Shown here piece by piece: positions 1 to 15,769 of a stretch of 64,000 nt of DNA (position 1 is the first letter of the stretch; every line of letters starts with the position of its first letter). The stretch comes from the human T2T-CHM13v2.0 reference genome, Homo sapiens: NCBI RefSeq assembly GCF_009914755.1, contig NC_060935.1. The stretch is one strand, 5' to 3'. The translations under genes and the position numbers were made by a program. Below the pieces are notes generated by a model, which saw only the letters and a list, made by a program, of their open reading frames with translations, did no database searches and was not told the origin of the DNA.

Positions 1-120
1 AGTTTTTATGATGCCCACACATGTGCATAAATTGCATAAAACTTCTCTTACATATCTAGACATTACCATAACTAATTGAAGCTGTTTTGGAGTCTGTGGA
101 TGTTAATTACTATAGGTAAC

Positions 121-404
121 TTTTTTTTTTTTTTTTTTTTTTGGAGATAGGGCCTCACTCTGTTGTCCAGGCTGGAGTGCAGTTGCATGATCACAGTTCA
201 CTGCAGCCTCGACCTCCCAGACTCAAGCCATCTTCCTGCCTCAGCCTCCAAGTAGCTGGGACTACAGGTGCATGCCACCACACCTGGCTAGTTTTTGTAT
301 CTTCTGTAGAGATGGGGTTTTGCCATGTTGCCCAGGCCGGTCTTGGCAGCTCCTGGACTCAAGTGATCCACCCACCTCAGCCTCCCAAAGTGCTGGAATT
401 ATAG
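121..404 (-). mobile_element. AluJ-type SINE
   Basis: Poly(T) followed by antisense Alu dimer with J-type features. Confidence 0.9.
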
Positions 405-714
405 CCTGACTTGCTTATTATTGCCCTCTGTTAGGAGAGCCTTTTTAGGTTATATGTATGGTAAGCATGCTGTATAGCTATATTCATGAATTGCTCTACC
501 AGCTGTGAAACTGGTATAAAGCTGTTGTGTATAATCAATAAATAAATGATTTGTTTTTTAAGATGCTAGACAAAACATGGCATTAATTTAAAAAAGATCT
601 GAAATTTAAGCTATATATTGAATGTATTCCTTAAAATCTATTCTGTTTCTTTTGCCTGGCATATTTTTTCCCCAGTCTCTTACTTTCAGTAATTATATTA
701 CCAGATATTTATAT

Positions 715-1223
715 ATGGGAATACACACATTTATAATCTCACAGTTTCTGTGGGTTAGGAGTCTGAATCCAGTTTGGCTGAGTCCTTTGTTTATGATCTC
801 ACAGGGCTGCAATCAAGGTGTTAGCTGGGTCTCATCTGAAGCTGAACTGTGGAAGAATCTATTAGCAGAATTCAGTTTTCTGTGGTTATAGGACTGAGAG
901 GCTTCAGTTTCTTGTTGGCTTTTGGATGGAAGCTGCCCTTGGCTCCTGGAGGCTGCCCTTCACATATGGGACTACCAAAATAGGCATAGTAGCTTGCTTC
1001 TTCAAAGCCAGCAAGGGAATGAGAGACTTCAGCAAGATGGGTGCTACAGTCTTAGGTAATGTCATCACATACACATGATCATGTATCTCTTGTCACCTTG
1101 CCTTATTCTCTTGGTTAGCAGCAAGTCACAGTTTCTGCTTATACACTAAAGGAGGGAGTTACACAAGGCTATGGATACCAGGAGATAGGGATCTGGGGGC
1201 CACTTTAGATATCTGTGTTTCAC
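715..1223 (-). mobile_element. MLT1-family (MLT1E/F-like) MaLR LTR
   Basis: tctcacagtttctgtgggt...ctgcaatcaaggtgt...gcaagtcacag...ggggccactttaga...caca motifs. Confidence 0.7.
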
Positions 1224-2409
1224 ATACCTTATTTTTATATTTCCAAGTGAAGTAATTATTGTTTTCTTTTTACTTTTTACCCTGTAACCAGGTCAATAAA
1301 GGCCAGAGGTCTTCTTGTTCCTTCGTGCTAGTGGGTGTTTACTTTTCTATTTCATCTAGCTACTAAGTAGCCCCACAAGCATCTCAGCTCTATATAGATG
1401 ATCTCAGATCCATTTCCTATCCTTGTGTGGTCCAAGGCCTCATCTCTCATTCCTGTGTGAGCACTGAAACCCAACCTCCTATGGTACTGAGATAAGCAAC
1501 TCACTGCCTTATCTCTTACCCTCTGAAGGGCAGTCATAACTGAGGTATTACTGTATTAGTTTTCAGTTGCCTCTTGGTTTTTTTTTTCCTTTTAAGAAGT
1601 ACTTTGAGTTTTTTTTGGAGCCCAGCAGTGCATTTAAAAATATTATGTGTTAAATTTTTACAACTCATCTAGGTATTTGTAATGAGAGAATTTTAGGGTT
1701 TTCTGTCACATTGCTTAATAGCTATTTCTTTGTTTTCTTTTAGCCAAGGGTTTATTTCAGTACTGGAAATACTAAATGCTATATACACATATGTGTACTT
1801 ACAAACATATAAGTGCATCAGATGATCAGTATTAGCACACATGGAAATATAGAGTTGAGAAGTATAGCATATGAAGACTTTCACAATCTGCCCTTTGACT
1901 CCCTCTCTAATGGCCTTTCTAAACACTTGCACTTTTGTATGGTACTGCTTTTGTATTCCTGAACACAGAATGCAGCTCATAGTTTCATGTATTTGCATAC
2001 ATTATTGTCTTTGTCTGGAATGTTCTGCTTTATGCCTCCCATCTCTCTTTATTTTGTTAACTCAGCCTTATTTCTTTTTCCTTCTAAATTTACTTTTTTG
2101 TATGTTTAATTATTCTATTTTTCATTTCTAGGGGTATTGTTTCTTTTTTTCAAATCTGCCTGGCCATTTTTGTTATTTTTTCTTCCTTGGTTATTTTTTC
2201 TTGCTATCTTATATTTCTTTAAATATTTTAAAAACACTTAACAATATTTCGTATTCAATAATTTCAGTATATTTCATTTTTGCTTGTCTAATTCTGTTGC
2301 TTATTGTTTTGCTGATTTTCTTTTATGGCTGCATGTTTCCTCATGTATTCTTGTGATTTTTTACCATTAATTCATTGTTTTGGAGATTTGAGAAATCTTT
2401 GAGACCATC

Positions 2410-2705
2410 TTGGATTGTAAAGTCTATGAGGGGAGGGCCCCTGTGGTTTTGTTCATTGCTGTATCCCAGGGCTTATTACAGTGTCTAGTACATGAGACTC
2501 TCAATAAATATTTATTGGATGAATAAATTACATGCCCACACCTTACAGACATAACTATAATTATTTATATATATGTTCATTTTCTCTACTGTATTGATAA
2601 TACCTCAAGTTAGAGAACTTTTTGGCTTTAACGCTGTATCCCCAGCATTTAGCGCAGAGTCTAATATAGATTAAGTTCTCAGTAAATATTTGTTGAATGA
2701 ATGAG
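2410..2705 (+). mobile_element. Two L2 3'-end relics
   Basis: ...gctgtatcccag...ctcaataaatattt(a/g)ttg(g/a)atgaat termini at ~2527 and ~2705. Confidence 0.7.
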
Positions 2706-3136
2706 GAATTGCTTGGCATATTCTGCCCAATGAAATCTTCAGAATAAGTAAGACTTATTTTGCCTGTTTTTCATTATAAAGTCATTTTAATGAAATGGAG
2801 GATACTAGAGAAATGATGAATCAGCTCACATAACTAGTGCGCATATTGTTCATGATAGATTAAAGCAGAACCATTTTCCAGACTGAACTCCAAAATCTTC
2901 AGTGTCACTGAAGGCTAATCACATTAACTATTCCTGTACTTACAGATTTCAAGGCATAGTGAGTATACAAAATGTTAATCCAGTAAATATGTACCAAACA
3001 TCTACTATATGTATATTAGTTTGCAAGTTATGTGATATATTTTTTTCCCAGTATGTTATATGCTAACTAAGGTATAAGCTTAAAAATGTGAAAAGGATAA
3101 ATAGAACACAAGATAAATGATCTATTATAGTAATCA

Positions 3137-3423
<287 letters not shown>

Positions 3424-3523
3424 TTATTACATAATAAAAGAATTGTCTTAAAACAGTATCATTTCTTTAATCATATAGAATACAAATGAATGAATTTTAT
3501 AGAGGTTCAGAGGAATCCAGTAT

Positions 3524-4169
3524 TGTGATATTTTATATATATAATATATATATATATGTTTTCATCCACGGTTCCTGGCTCATAATTTTCATAACCCTTA
3601 TTATAGTCTTTTGTTGTAATGTTGGGACACTGTAGGCCTCAGAATCAGGCCTCAGGAAACAGAATCTCTCTCTCTCATCTCCTGCTGCCCTCCTTTCACC
3701 TGACCAAGGCAGGACTCTAATCTGATTGTGAGTCATCTGGCTGTTTATTTGAATCCTTTAAAATATCCTTTGTAATAAACTGATAAACACAAATAAGTGT
3801 TTCTCTGAGTTATGTGAGCCATTATAGCAAATTAATTGAACCCAAAGAGGGGGTTGGAGGAACCCCAACTTGAAGCCAGTTGGTCAGACAGTCTAAAGGT
3901 CTAGATTTGTTACTGATGAAAAGAGGAGGCTCCCTTGTGGGACCAAGCCCTCAACCTGTGGTTTCTGAGGCTATCTCCAATTAGATAGCTTCAGAATTAA
4001 ATTGATTTGGAGAACACCCAGCTGGTGTCTGCTGTAGAATTGATTGCTTGCCTGGTTTGTGGGAGAAACCCCCACATATTTGGTCACAGAAGTCTTCTGT
4101 GCTAATGATAGTTGTGGAGTGATTAAAATAGGAAAAAGCACATCGAGTGTTGTTTTGTTCACACTTACA
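3524..4169 (+). mobile_element. MER21 (MER21A-like) LTR
   Basis: tgtgatat start; gtttctctgagttatgtgagcc...gaacccaaagagggg...aacacccagctggtgtctgctg...cccacatatttggtcacagaagt. Confidence 0.75.
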
Positions 4170-4364
4170 AGTTATAGTTGCCAGAATTATATAGTTGGAT
4201 TGCCTCTTAACAATTAGTATAGACTAACACTCATGATTGTATTTCTTCTGTTTTCTTTCTTTTCCTTTGCTTTTTCAGCATGAAGGTTGTATTTCTTGTT
4301 TTCTTTTTTGTCCTTTGCTTTTTCAGCATAAACAATACAGCTTCTTGTTAAAGGGATATAACAC

Positions 4365-4570
4365 AAGATTGAATCCAGATATTCCCATTTAGGAGCTATA
4401 ATATACTGGAAAAATTTCTTAACCTCGTTGGGCCTCAAGTGTTCTAATATGTAGAATGAGAATGATATCACCCATTTTATAAGGTGATATTTTATATCAA
4501 AAGATGTTATGTAAATAAAGTCACTAGTATGGTTATAGGAATATAAACTCAATAGGTCTTGGTTCCCTTC
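4365..4570 (+). mobile_element. MIR relic
   Basis: cttaacctc...gcctca...tgtagaatgagaatgata core similarity. Confidence 0.55.
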
Positions 4571-5079
4571 TGCTTTTTTCTTTCTTTCATTATCTACCCT
4601 GTGTTTTTTCCACTTTCATTCTCTTTATTTTTAAAAAATAAAAACCAGGTTTTAAAATAATAAATTTAGTATTTAGATTGAAGCTTAATAGGAAAGACCA
4701 TGCAAATATTCCAGTTATATGTGTGTGGGGGTTTAACAACACTGCTATTTTAGTTGGATCACAGAGAAACCTCTGTTTGCTGCTGTGGCACACTTGTCTT
4801 GGCTGACTGACCCCATTTTCTCTGGTTTTCTTTAAAGCAGTTTTTTTCAGACCTTTAAAAGCTGACACTCGCTCAGTGAGTACCCTAGAAAATAATATCT
4901 TGTTCCAGTAGAACTTGGCCCAAAGGATTCTGGTAGAACTAGCATAATTCATTTGAGAGATTTGGGAATTTTTTTTAAATTTTAAAACTTTTATTTTCTA
5001 GTCTAATTTTTGTCTTACTGCTGAGGAACTTGATATAAGAAACACTGTTTAAGAAATTAAGTTAAATTAAATAAATTCA

Positions 5080-5508
5080 GAAAGTCTTAGCCAGAGCAAT
5101 TTGTCACGAGAAAGAAAGGAATTAAAAGCATCCAAATTGACAAGGAGGAGGTCAAATTGTCCCTGTTTGTGGATGACGTGACCTTTATATAGAAAAACCT
5201 GAAGACTCTACCGAAAGCCTTTTAGAACTGATCAATAAATTCAGTAAAGTTGCAGGATATAAAATTAATATACAAAAATTAGCATCTCTATACACAAACA
5301 GTGAACTAGCTTGAAAATAAATCAAGAATGCAACCTCGTTTATATTAGCTACAAAAAATTACATAGGAATAAATTTAAGGAGGTAGAAGACCTCTGTGAG
5401 GAATACTACAGAATGCTGATGAAAGAAATTGATGAGGATACAAACAAATGGAAAGACATCCCACGCTCATGAATCAGAAGAATTAATATTGCTAAAATGA
5501 CAGTACTA
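5080..5508 (+). mobile_element. Old L1 ORF2 (RT region) fragment
   Basis: Decayed VLARAI...[14 protein letters not shown]...KWKDIP.SW..RINI coding, abutting an Alu right arm. Confidence 0.85.
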
Positions 5509-5682
5509 GCTGGGCATAGTGACACGTGCCTGTAGTCCCAGCCAGTTGGAAGGCTGAAGCAGGAGGATCACTTGAGCCCAGGAGTTCAAGGCTGCAGGGA
5601 GCTATGATCACGCCACTCTACTCCAGCCTGGGTGACCAAGCAAGACCCCATCTCTAAAAAAATAAATAAGTAAAAGAAAATA
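5509..5682 (+). mobile_element. Alu right monomer (FRAM/AluJ)
   Basis: Right-arm sequence with A-rich tail. Confidence 0.85.
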
Positions 5683-5823
5683 AATTTTATAATCAATATC
5701 CTTATATTTGAATCATGACTTTGCCATTTACAGGCTGTGTGATCTTATATATATTTATACAAACTACTTAATTTTGATTTTCACCTTCCTTAGCTGTCAA
5801 ATTGGATTGAAAATACCTCATAG

Positions 5824-5943
5824 GGTGGATGTAGTAGCTTGTGCTTGTAATCCCAGCTACCAGGAAGGCTGAGGCAAAGGAATGCTTGAGCCCAGAAGTT
5901 TGAGACCAGCCTGGGCAACATAGCGAGATCCTATCTCAAAAAA
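5824..5943 (+). mobile_element. FLAM monomer inserted in a MIR
   Basis: Monomer with TSD gaaaatac(c/t)tcatag at ~5809-5823 and ~5956-5970. Confidence 0.8.
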
Positions 5944-6294
5944 CAGAGAGAGAGAGAAAATACTTCATAGATTTGTTTTGAGGATCAAATTAGACAATGT
6001 AATGATTTCATACACTCTAAACTACCATATACATTTTGGTTAATGGCTTTCTTAAGAATTTGTAACATCAGATAATGCAATTAAATTCAAACTACCTTTT
6101 TTTAATCCATGAACTGAAAAGTTATTTGTTTTTCTGCTTTAAAATGTCTGTTATTTTAACTAAAACTGTGAGCTTTACCTAATGCAGTGCCTAAGCCCCA
6201 CCATAGGTGTTCATTCATTTGTGGAGTGAAGGAATGAATATGTTCAACTTCTTGGCATCAGCATTATATATTGCTGTTAAAAACTAAATTACCA

Positions 6295-6579
6295 GCCAGG
6301 CACGGTGGCTCATGCCTATAATTCCAGCACTTTGGGAGGCTGAGGTGGAAGGATCGCTTGAGCCCAAGAGTTCAAGACCAGTTCAAGACCCTGTCTCTAC
6401 AAAAAATTACAAAATTAGCTGGGCGTGGTGGTACACTCCTTTAGTCCCAGCTACTCAGGAGGCTGAGGTAGGAGGATCACTTGAGCCCAGGAGATCGAGG
6501 CTGTAGTGAGCCGTGGTTATGCCACTGCACTCAAGCCTTGGAGACAGAGCTAGACCCTGTCTCAAAAACAAACAAATAC
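6295..6579 (+). mobile_element. AluJ-type SINE
   Basis: Dimer with TSD aaaactaa(a/g)ttacc; internal slip gttcaagacc-agttcaagacc. Confidence 0.9.
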
Positions 6580-8661
6580 AAAACTAAGTTACCTCTTTAA
6601 TAATTAGATAAATGCAGATACCATTGTGTCTTTCTTTCAATAAGCCTCGTCAGGATTCAATGGTATTACCTTAAACTCTCAAATTTACTGTAGGTATATC
6701 ATAGACATGTAATTGTCACAAAAATTGGAGGCCACATAGTATAATTAATATGCTTAGACTTAGGTTTTAATCCATTTCTGCCTCTTACTGGTTGAGCAGC
6801 TGTTGGTAAGTCATTTAATCTTTGGAGCCTCAGTTTCTCTAGTAAATAGTGAGACTACTCCCTTACAAGGTTACTTTGGGAATTAAATGTTAATGGATAT
6901 ATTTATAAACCATAAAGTGGCATAAAATGTAGAAGTTTTTGACAAGAATATGAGCTGGGCCATATGACTGATTTTTTACATTCATGAAAGTGTATGGAAA
7001 ATATTGCAAAGATGTCACAAGTTTGGATATTTGAAAGGACTGAAAGTCTCCTTAGAGAATATTTCATTTAAAGGCAAAGGAAACAGTATAACAAAAGAAG
7101 GAAGAGGACAGGCAAGCATTGAGGGTATGCAAGATAATCAAGGAGCAAACTCCCTTAGGATCTTAATCTGCATGGAGGCCTGCTTCATCTCTGGATTGAA
7201 TCACCAAGATCTGTCTGATAAATTTTGGCTTCAGGATAGCTCAAGGCAGAAATTCCCAATGAGGTATTTTATGTTGCAGTGGTCATGGAGTGTTTTTTCC
7301 CCCAGTAGTTTTAATACTTTATTATTATATATTTTAAAATATATTTGGAATATAGCCTAGTGTATAATGTGGAGAAAGGATTCAATTTAATTGATCTCAA
7401 GATAATTTTTACCCAGTTGCCTCAATACCATTTACTGAATACTTCCTTTCTACTTTTAATGATTTGAAATGTCAACATTATTATATACTAAATCCCATAT
7501 GTTTTTGGGCAGATATTTGAACTTTCTAGCCTGTTTTATTGATATCTCTCCTATATCTCAATATCATATTGTTTTAATGATTTTATGTAACTTCATATTT
7601 GCCTCAATTATGGTTCCACTTTCTTCATTCCCCTTGTACCCAGGTTCTCTATGTCACTAGCAGGAAACACTGCACAACATATAAAGACTTTGTATTTTTG
7701 TTTAGGGCCAGGAGCAGAAGGAAATAATTTTTAAATGTATTCTCTGGTACCAGGAAGAGAAAAAGTAGAAAGAGAGATATAATAGGGCTGAGGAAGGAAG
7801 TATTTAACCTACAATCAGGACACTCTGGTTTGAGTCTGCTTCTGATGCTTACTGTATACATGTAGACAAGCTAGTTGACTTTTTAGCTTCTCTATTTCCC
7901 TCATTTGCAAAATGAGGAAAATTGATTAGGTCACTGCTTCTTAAATTTTTCCACCGAAGCACCCTTAAGGGCAGAGAAAAGAAAACAAGTACCTATGTGT
8001 GAAGATGAAACTGCAAGCAGCCTGCCATAAGTAAAAAATGTTTTTTTAATATTCACGAAAGATTTTTTTGTACATTGTTTATTATAGCATTGGCTGACAG
8101 TAAAAATTGGAAATAAGCTAAATGTTGCTTAATAGACAATTTTGTAAATGAAATATGATGTGGCCTTATAATAGAATACTATATAGCCAACAAAAGGATT
8201 GAAATTATATATACTGAAAACATAATTCAGGGCTCTGGGTCCATTTCTCTTAGTCCCCCTGTTCTTTCCTCTTTATATTTCCAGTTTGTTGTTTTACTGG
8301 ACAACCATAATCACCAACTAAGACCTGGGAAAACCCTGGAGTTATGCAATAAAAAGGTTCCCATATCTGGAACCATTTTGGAACACCTAATTTTAAACTA
8401 ATTTTTAATTATTGCCCCTTTAAATTTTTGCTTGTTAGAATAGGAAAACTTCTTTGCTGTTTGGATATGAAAGGGATTCTGAAAAGGGATTATTTCAACT
8501 GTTCAAATTCTTGAAACATCTTTACACAGGTACTATTCATTGGATCCTTACTGTTGTACAAAAGCCCATGCTTCCAGAGTTGCATCAGAACCTTTCGTGA
8601 AGTTTTATTCTTCATTTTTGTCCTCCTATGCCATAGTTAAGGGGCATAAAAAAAACTAGTG

Positions 8662-8792
8662 GGGTGGGCCTGGTGGCTCACGCCTGTAATCTCAGCACTT
8701 TGGGAAGCTAAGGCGGGCAGATCGCTTAAGCTTAGGAGTTCGAGACCAGCCTGGGCAACATGATGAAACCCTGTCTTAAAAAAAAAAAGAAA
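8662..8792 (+). mobile_element. FLAM_C / Alu left monomer
   Basis: Monomer with A tail; TSD-like aaa(a/g)actagt. Confidence 0.85.
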
Positions 8793-8994
8793 AGACTAGT
8801 AGAAACCCCCCTCCAAGCTTTCTCACTACTGTCCCACTAAGTAGAAATCTTTGAAACAGAAGTATATTATGGGAACTTTGCTAAAGACGACCCCTCTACC
8901 CCCTTGAATCCTCCCAATTCTGGCAGCCTGTGAATAGAAGATTGGCTTGATCCTGTGATAGACTTTGAGATGTATGTTAGACTAGTGCTGTACC

Positions 8995-10571
<1,577 letters not shown>

Positions 10572-10656
10572 CCTTTAACCTACTAAAAAAGATTTGTCTA
10601 CTCGAACATAGTATTTACATTTCACTTTTTGGAGTCTGCTACTTTATAGAGGAAGG

Positions 10657-10788
10657 TTTTGTTTGTTTGTTTTTTGAGACAGGGTCTTGCTGTATTGCCC
10701 AGGCTGGATTCAAACTCCTGGGCTCAAGTGATCCTCCCACTTCAGCCTTCTGAATAGCTGGGACTACAGGTGCATGCTGCTATGCCCA
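10657..10788 (-). mobile_element. FLAM monomer
   Basis: Antisense monomer; TSD-like ttatagagga on both sides. Confidence 0.8.
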
Positions 10789-10907
10789 ACTTATAGAGGA
10801 GTTTTAATGGAGTATATTTTAGCAGTAAGTAAGAAGATATAATTAGTTTCTCATTTCAGATAATGGGCCCTACTCTATGCAGAGACTTGTTCAAAATCCT
10901 CGTTGGT

Positions 10908-11266
<359 letters not shown>

Positions 11267-12328
11267 CTATTTAAAGGTTTTTTCAACAACTAGATCTGAT
11301 GAGATGCCTTATAATCTTGGCATCAGGAAAGACTTTAAATTCTGAAAACCCATGCCAAGATTTCAAAGAGAAAGCACTATTTGTTAATTAAAGAATATAC
11401 AGATTTCTAGGGAAAATGAGTTCCTTTTGTGGCCTTTTTGCTAATATGAAAAACAACACTACTAATATAATAGCCCATATCTATTGGTACCTGGTATGTG
11501 TCAGCCACCATACTAAGCACCTTATTATAATGAAAAATCTGTTTGGGGAATATTTATGACAAATGCCCTGCATATTTAAAGTTATTTCTTCCTTTCTTCT
11601 ACGGAAAGAAAGCAGATAACTTTCTTAATACTTCTGACATTTTATTAGTTTTTCAGCAGTGTAATCGTTATATTGCATGCTTTTTGTTGTCTTCTGTGTG
11701 ACCAATTTGGAATATCAGTTGGAAACATATCCTTTCATCATCGAAATCTTAGTCAAATATATGCCTTTCTTCTCTTTCATTTTTCCTATCTCACAGACAT
11801 CTTAATTCAAGCCCCCTTTATAATTTATATTGCAGTATTGTCCTATTTTGTCCTTTTGTATCCTGTTGCTAACACGTCCAGACTATTAGGCTTATCTTAA
11901 AGTTAATTGTCTTTTTATCCTTCCTCTTTATCATTTGCTCTTTATTTTTTAGGGAGATCACAGACATGTTATTCATGTTTATCTTCTAGTTTATCTTAGT
12001 AGCTTTGCCTCATGACATACCTTTCCCCTAGACATGTTACTTTGCAAGATTCCCTAGGCACACCATGTTCTTTCCTATTTTTGCACATATACGGTTGACC
12101 CTTGAATAACATAGGGGTTGGGGTGCTGAGCACAACCCCCGACCCCAGTCAAAAATTCATGTACAATTTTGACTTTCCAAAAGCCTAATTACTAATAGCT
12201 TACTGTTGAAGCCATACTGATAACATAAACAGTTGATCATTAACACATATTTTGTGCATGTATTATATACTATATTCTTCTTATAATAAAGTAAGTGAAA
12301 GAAAATAAAGTGTTATTAAGAAAATCAG

Positions 12329-12445
12329 GGCCAGGTGCAGTAGCTCATGTCTGTAATCCTATTGCTTTGGGAAGCCAAGGTGGGAAGATTGCTTGAGGCC
12401 AAGAGTTCAAGACCAGCCTGGGCAACATAGCAAAAGCCTGTCTCT
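12329..12445 (+). mobile_element. FLAM in Tigger2
   Basis: Monomer with TSD taagaaaatca. Confidence 0.85.
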
Positions 12446-12819
12446 AAGAAAATCATAAGGAAGAGAAAATATATTTACTATTCATTAAGTGGAAGTGGAT
12501 TGTCATGAACGTCTTCATCCTCATCATTTCACATTGAGTAAGCTGAGGAAGAGGAGGGGCTGGTCCTGTCTCAGGGGTGGCAGAGGCAGAAGAGGTGGAG
12601 AAGGTGGAAAGGGAGGCAGGAGAGGCAGGCACAGTTGGTGTGACTTTAAGAAGACACATGTAATTTCTGTGTAACTTTTTTGCTTTTTCATTTCTCTAAA
12701 AATGTTTCTATATGATAACAGTACTTTTCCACTATTTGCTTTAGTTTCAGTGCTAGTATCATATAAGGGTCTATGTCGTAAAAGGAGTCAAAGCAGTCTT
12801 GAATAATAGGAACCCTTCT

Positions 12820-12960
12820 GGCCAGGTAAGGGGTCTCATTTTCATAATCCCAGCACTTTGGAAAGCTGAGGTGAAAGGATTGCTTGAGGCCAGAAGTTTA
12901 AGACCAGCCTGGACAACATAGTAAGACTCTGTCTCCATTAATCAAAATAATAAATAAAAT
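12820..12960 (+). mobile_element. FLAM in Tigger2
   Basis: Monomer with TSD aataatagg(a/t)acccttctg. Confidence 0.85.
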
Positions 12961-13791
12961 AATAGGTACCCTTCTGCCAGATTGTCTAATGTCAGTTTGT
13001 TTTCAGGCACTGCTTCTTCTACATCTTCTTCCCCATTCTGGCATTGGTTCAGAAGCACTCATTTCCATCAAGCCATCTTCTGCTAATTCCTGTGATGTAG
13101 TATCTATTAGGTATTTAATTTCTCCAAGGTTCATATCTTGAAACCCTTCACCCTCTACCTTTTTTGCCGTATCTACAATCTGTTTCATGATTTCCTTTAC
13201 TGACCCTGTTGTAAATCCTGTGAAGTCATGTGTACAACATCTGGACACAATTTTCTCCAACAGGAATCTATTGTTTTGGGGCTTGATGGCATTCATGACT
13301 TTTTTCTATAATAATGGCATCTTCTATGGTGTAATTTTCCAGACTTTCATGATGTTCTGTCTATGGGCCTCTCTTTCATAGCGTTGACAATGTTTTCCAC
13401 AGAGTGTTGTGTTTACATGAGCCTTAATGGTCCTTCGGATCCCCTGATTTAGAGATTTTGCATTTAAGGGGGTAGATCACTTTGATACTTTTGGTGTTGA
13501 ACTTATGGGGTTCTCAGTGGGCAGAGGCATTGTCCAACATTGTCCAACATTTAAAAAAAAAAAAAAACTTTTAAAAGGCAGTTCCTTACTAACAAGATAC
13601 TTCTGACTTCAGGGACAAAGCATCAATGGAACCAATCTAGAAAAAGCGTTCTTGTTTTCCAGGCCCTCTTGTTGCATAACCAGAGACTGGAAGCTGGTTT
13701 TGTCTTTTCCCTTCAAGACTTGGGGGTTAGCAGCTTTATAGATAAGGGCAGTCCTGATCATAAATCCAACTGCCTTTGCACAAAGTAGTAG

Positions 13792-14253
13792 TGTAGCAGG
13801 ACGAGCCACAGACAAAACTCCTCAGACACCGAGTTAAAGAAGGAAGGGGTTTATTCTGCCAGGGGCATCGGCAAGACTCCTGTCTCAAGAGCCGAGCTCC
13901 CCGAGTGAGCAATTCCTGTCCCTTTTAAGGGCTCACAACTCTAAGGGGGTGCATGCAAGAGGGTCGTGATCGATTGAGCAAGCAGGGGGTACGTGACTGG
14001 GGACTGCATGCACCGGTAATTAGATTGGAACAAAACAGGATAGGGATTTTCACAGTGCTTTTCTATACAATGTCTGTAATCTATAGATAACATAACCAAT
14101 CAGGTCAGGAGTGGATCTTTAACTACCAGGCCCAGGGTGTGGTGCCGGGCTGTCTGCTTGTGGATTTCATTTCTGCCTTTTAGTTTTTACTTTTTCTTTC
14201 TTTGGAGGCAGAAATTGGACATAAGACAATGTGAGGGGTGGTCTCCTCCTTTA
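13792..14253 (-). mobile_element. LTR2 (HERV-E/Harlequin) solo LTR inside the Tigger2 transposase
   Basis: Minus strand runs taaaggaggagaccacccctca...aataaaccccttcc...gctcgtcctgctaca; many CpGs retained. Confidence 0.88.
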
Positions 14254-15769
14254 TTCGAGTTAACCTATCCCTTCCTGCCTTAAATCCTGGTGCTTGCTTC
14301 TCTTCCTTACTAATAAATGTCCCTTGTGGCATTTTTTTTTCCAGAATAGGGTACTTTTGTTTGCATTAAAAACCTGTTCAGGCAGATATTCTTTCTTCTC
14401 AATTTTCTTAATGGCATCTGGGAACTTGTCTTCTGCCTTTTGGTCTACAGAAGCTGCTTCTCCTGCCATCTTGACATTTTAAAGCCCAACCCCTTTCTAA
14501 AATTATCAAACCATCCTATGCTGGCATTAAATCTCCAGCTTTAGATCCTTCACCTTTCTTTTGCTTTAAGTCATCATATAATGACTTTGCTTTTTCTCGA
14601 ATCACATGAGAATCTATAGATAGGCCTTTCCTTTAGCAATCCTGGACCCACATAAAAGCTGCATTTCAATACAAGATAAAAAGGTATTTCACAAAAAGTG
14701 CAAAGTTTTTGCTCCTGCTGGCATAGCTGCAGTGATGCCTTCACAAATTCCCTTTTTGTTTTTTTACAATGGTCTTTACACTGGATTCATTTGTCTTGAA
14801 ATGGTTGGCAACCGCAGCTGCAGACCTTAAAGTACAGTACATATGAAGCAATTAAACCTTTTCTTGTTATGTAATGACTTTTCTCTGCTTCTTGGGAGCA
14901 CTTCTAGCATCACTAGTGACACTTCATATAGGTCCTGTGGTGTTATTCAAAGTTTACAATATTGCACTAAACACGATAAAAATACATGAGAACCACAAGA
15001 GATCACTTTTTACTGCCATATGCAATTTACTGGAGAGATGAACTGCTCACAGGGAGATGATTAGTATCACATAGTGTTTTAAGCAGATGCTCGTGAGACT
15101 TGAGCTCACCACAGTAGTAACAGGAAATGGCTATGAAATTATTACAGTATTTGCAGTATGTACTAAGTTAATCTTATGCAGTTATCATTTAATACTACAT
15201 CTTTACATTTCTATTTTTCTTGACTATGAATAGTGCTGTTTACCATCTGTAAGTATATGTGTAAGTTTCGATAAATTTTAACTTTTTATAATAGATTTAT
15301 GTATATGTTAGTAAATGATAAAATAGACTAGTATTTACATAAGTTTTATGTATCCATGACATACCTTTTTCTTAATTTTTTTATATTTCCAAGCTACATA
15401 GTTTGTCTGCAAGTTTTTTCAAATTGTCACAAATCTCCAAAAAATTTTCCAATATATTTATTGAAAAAAATCCACATAGAAGTATACCTGGACAGTTCAA
15501 ACCTGTGTTGTTCCAGAGTCAACTATATGTGTTATCTCTGCCCTGAATACTCCTCTCCTATGCATCCTTTAAAGCACCTTCAAATATTGTCTCTTCAGTG
15601 AAACCTTTATCAACTATACCAAGCCAAAGAAGCAAAAAAGGAAATGCAACACTAGTAATCACTCTGCCCAGCATTCAATTTAACAATGAAATTGCCTTCA
15701 ACCAAATGAATGGAAACGCCCCTCCCACCCCCCCACCCGCCCCCGGCCCACACACACACACACCTTTTA

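Larger units (their letters stand above)
12092..15525 (-). mobile_element. Tigger2 DNA transposon, near full length, decayed transposase, with nested insertions
   Basis: TIR-like ends cggttgacccttgaa / ttccagagtcaacta with TA flanks; pogo-type transposase remnants in minus ORFs 14260-14469 (GEAAS...YLPEQVFN...LFWKK), 13609-13815 and 13003-13296. Confidence 0.85.

Noticed and set aside
13003-14469. Domesticated Tigger transposase (TIGD-like) gene
   Set aside because: The reading frame is broken and interrupted by an LTR2
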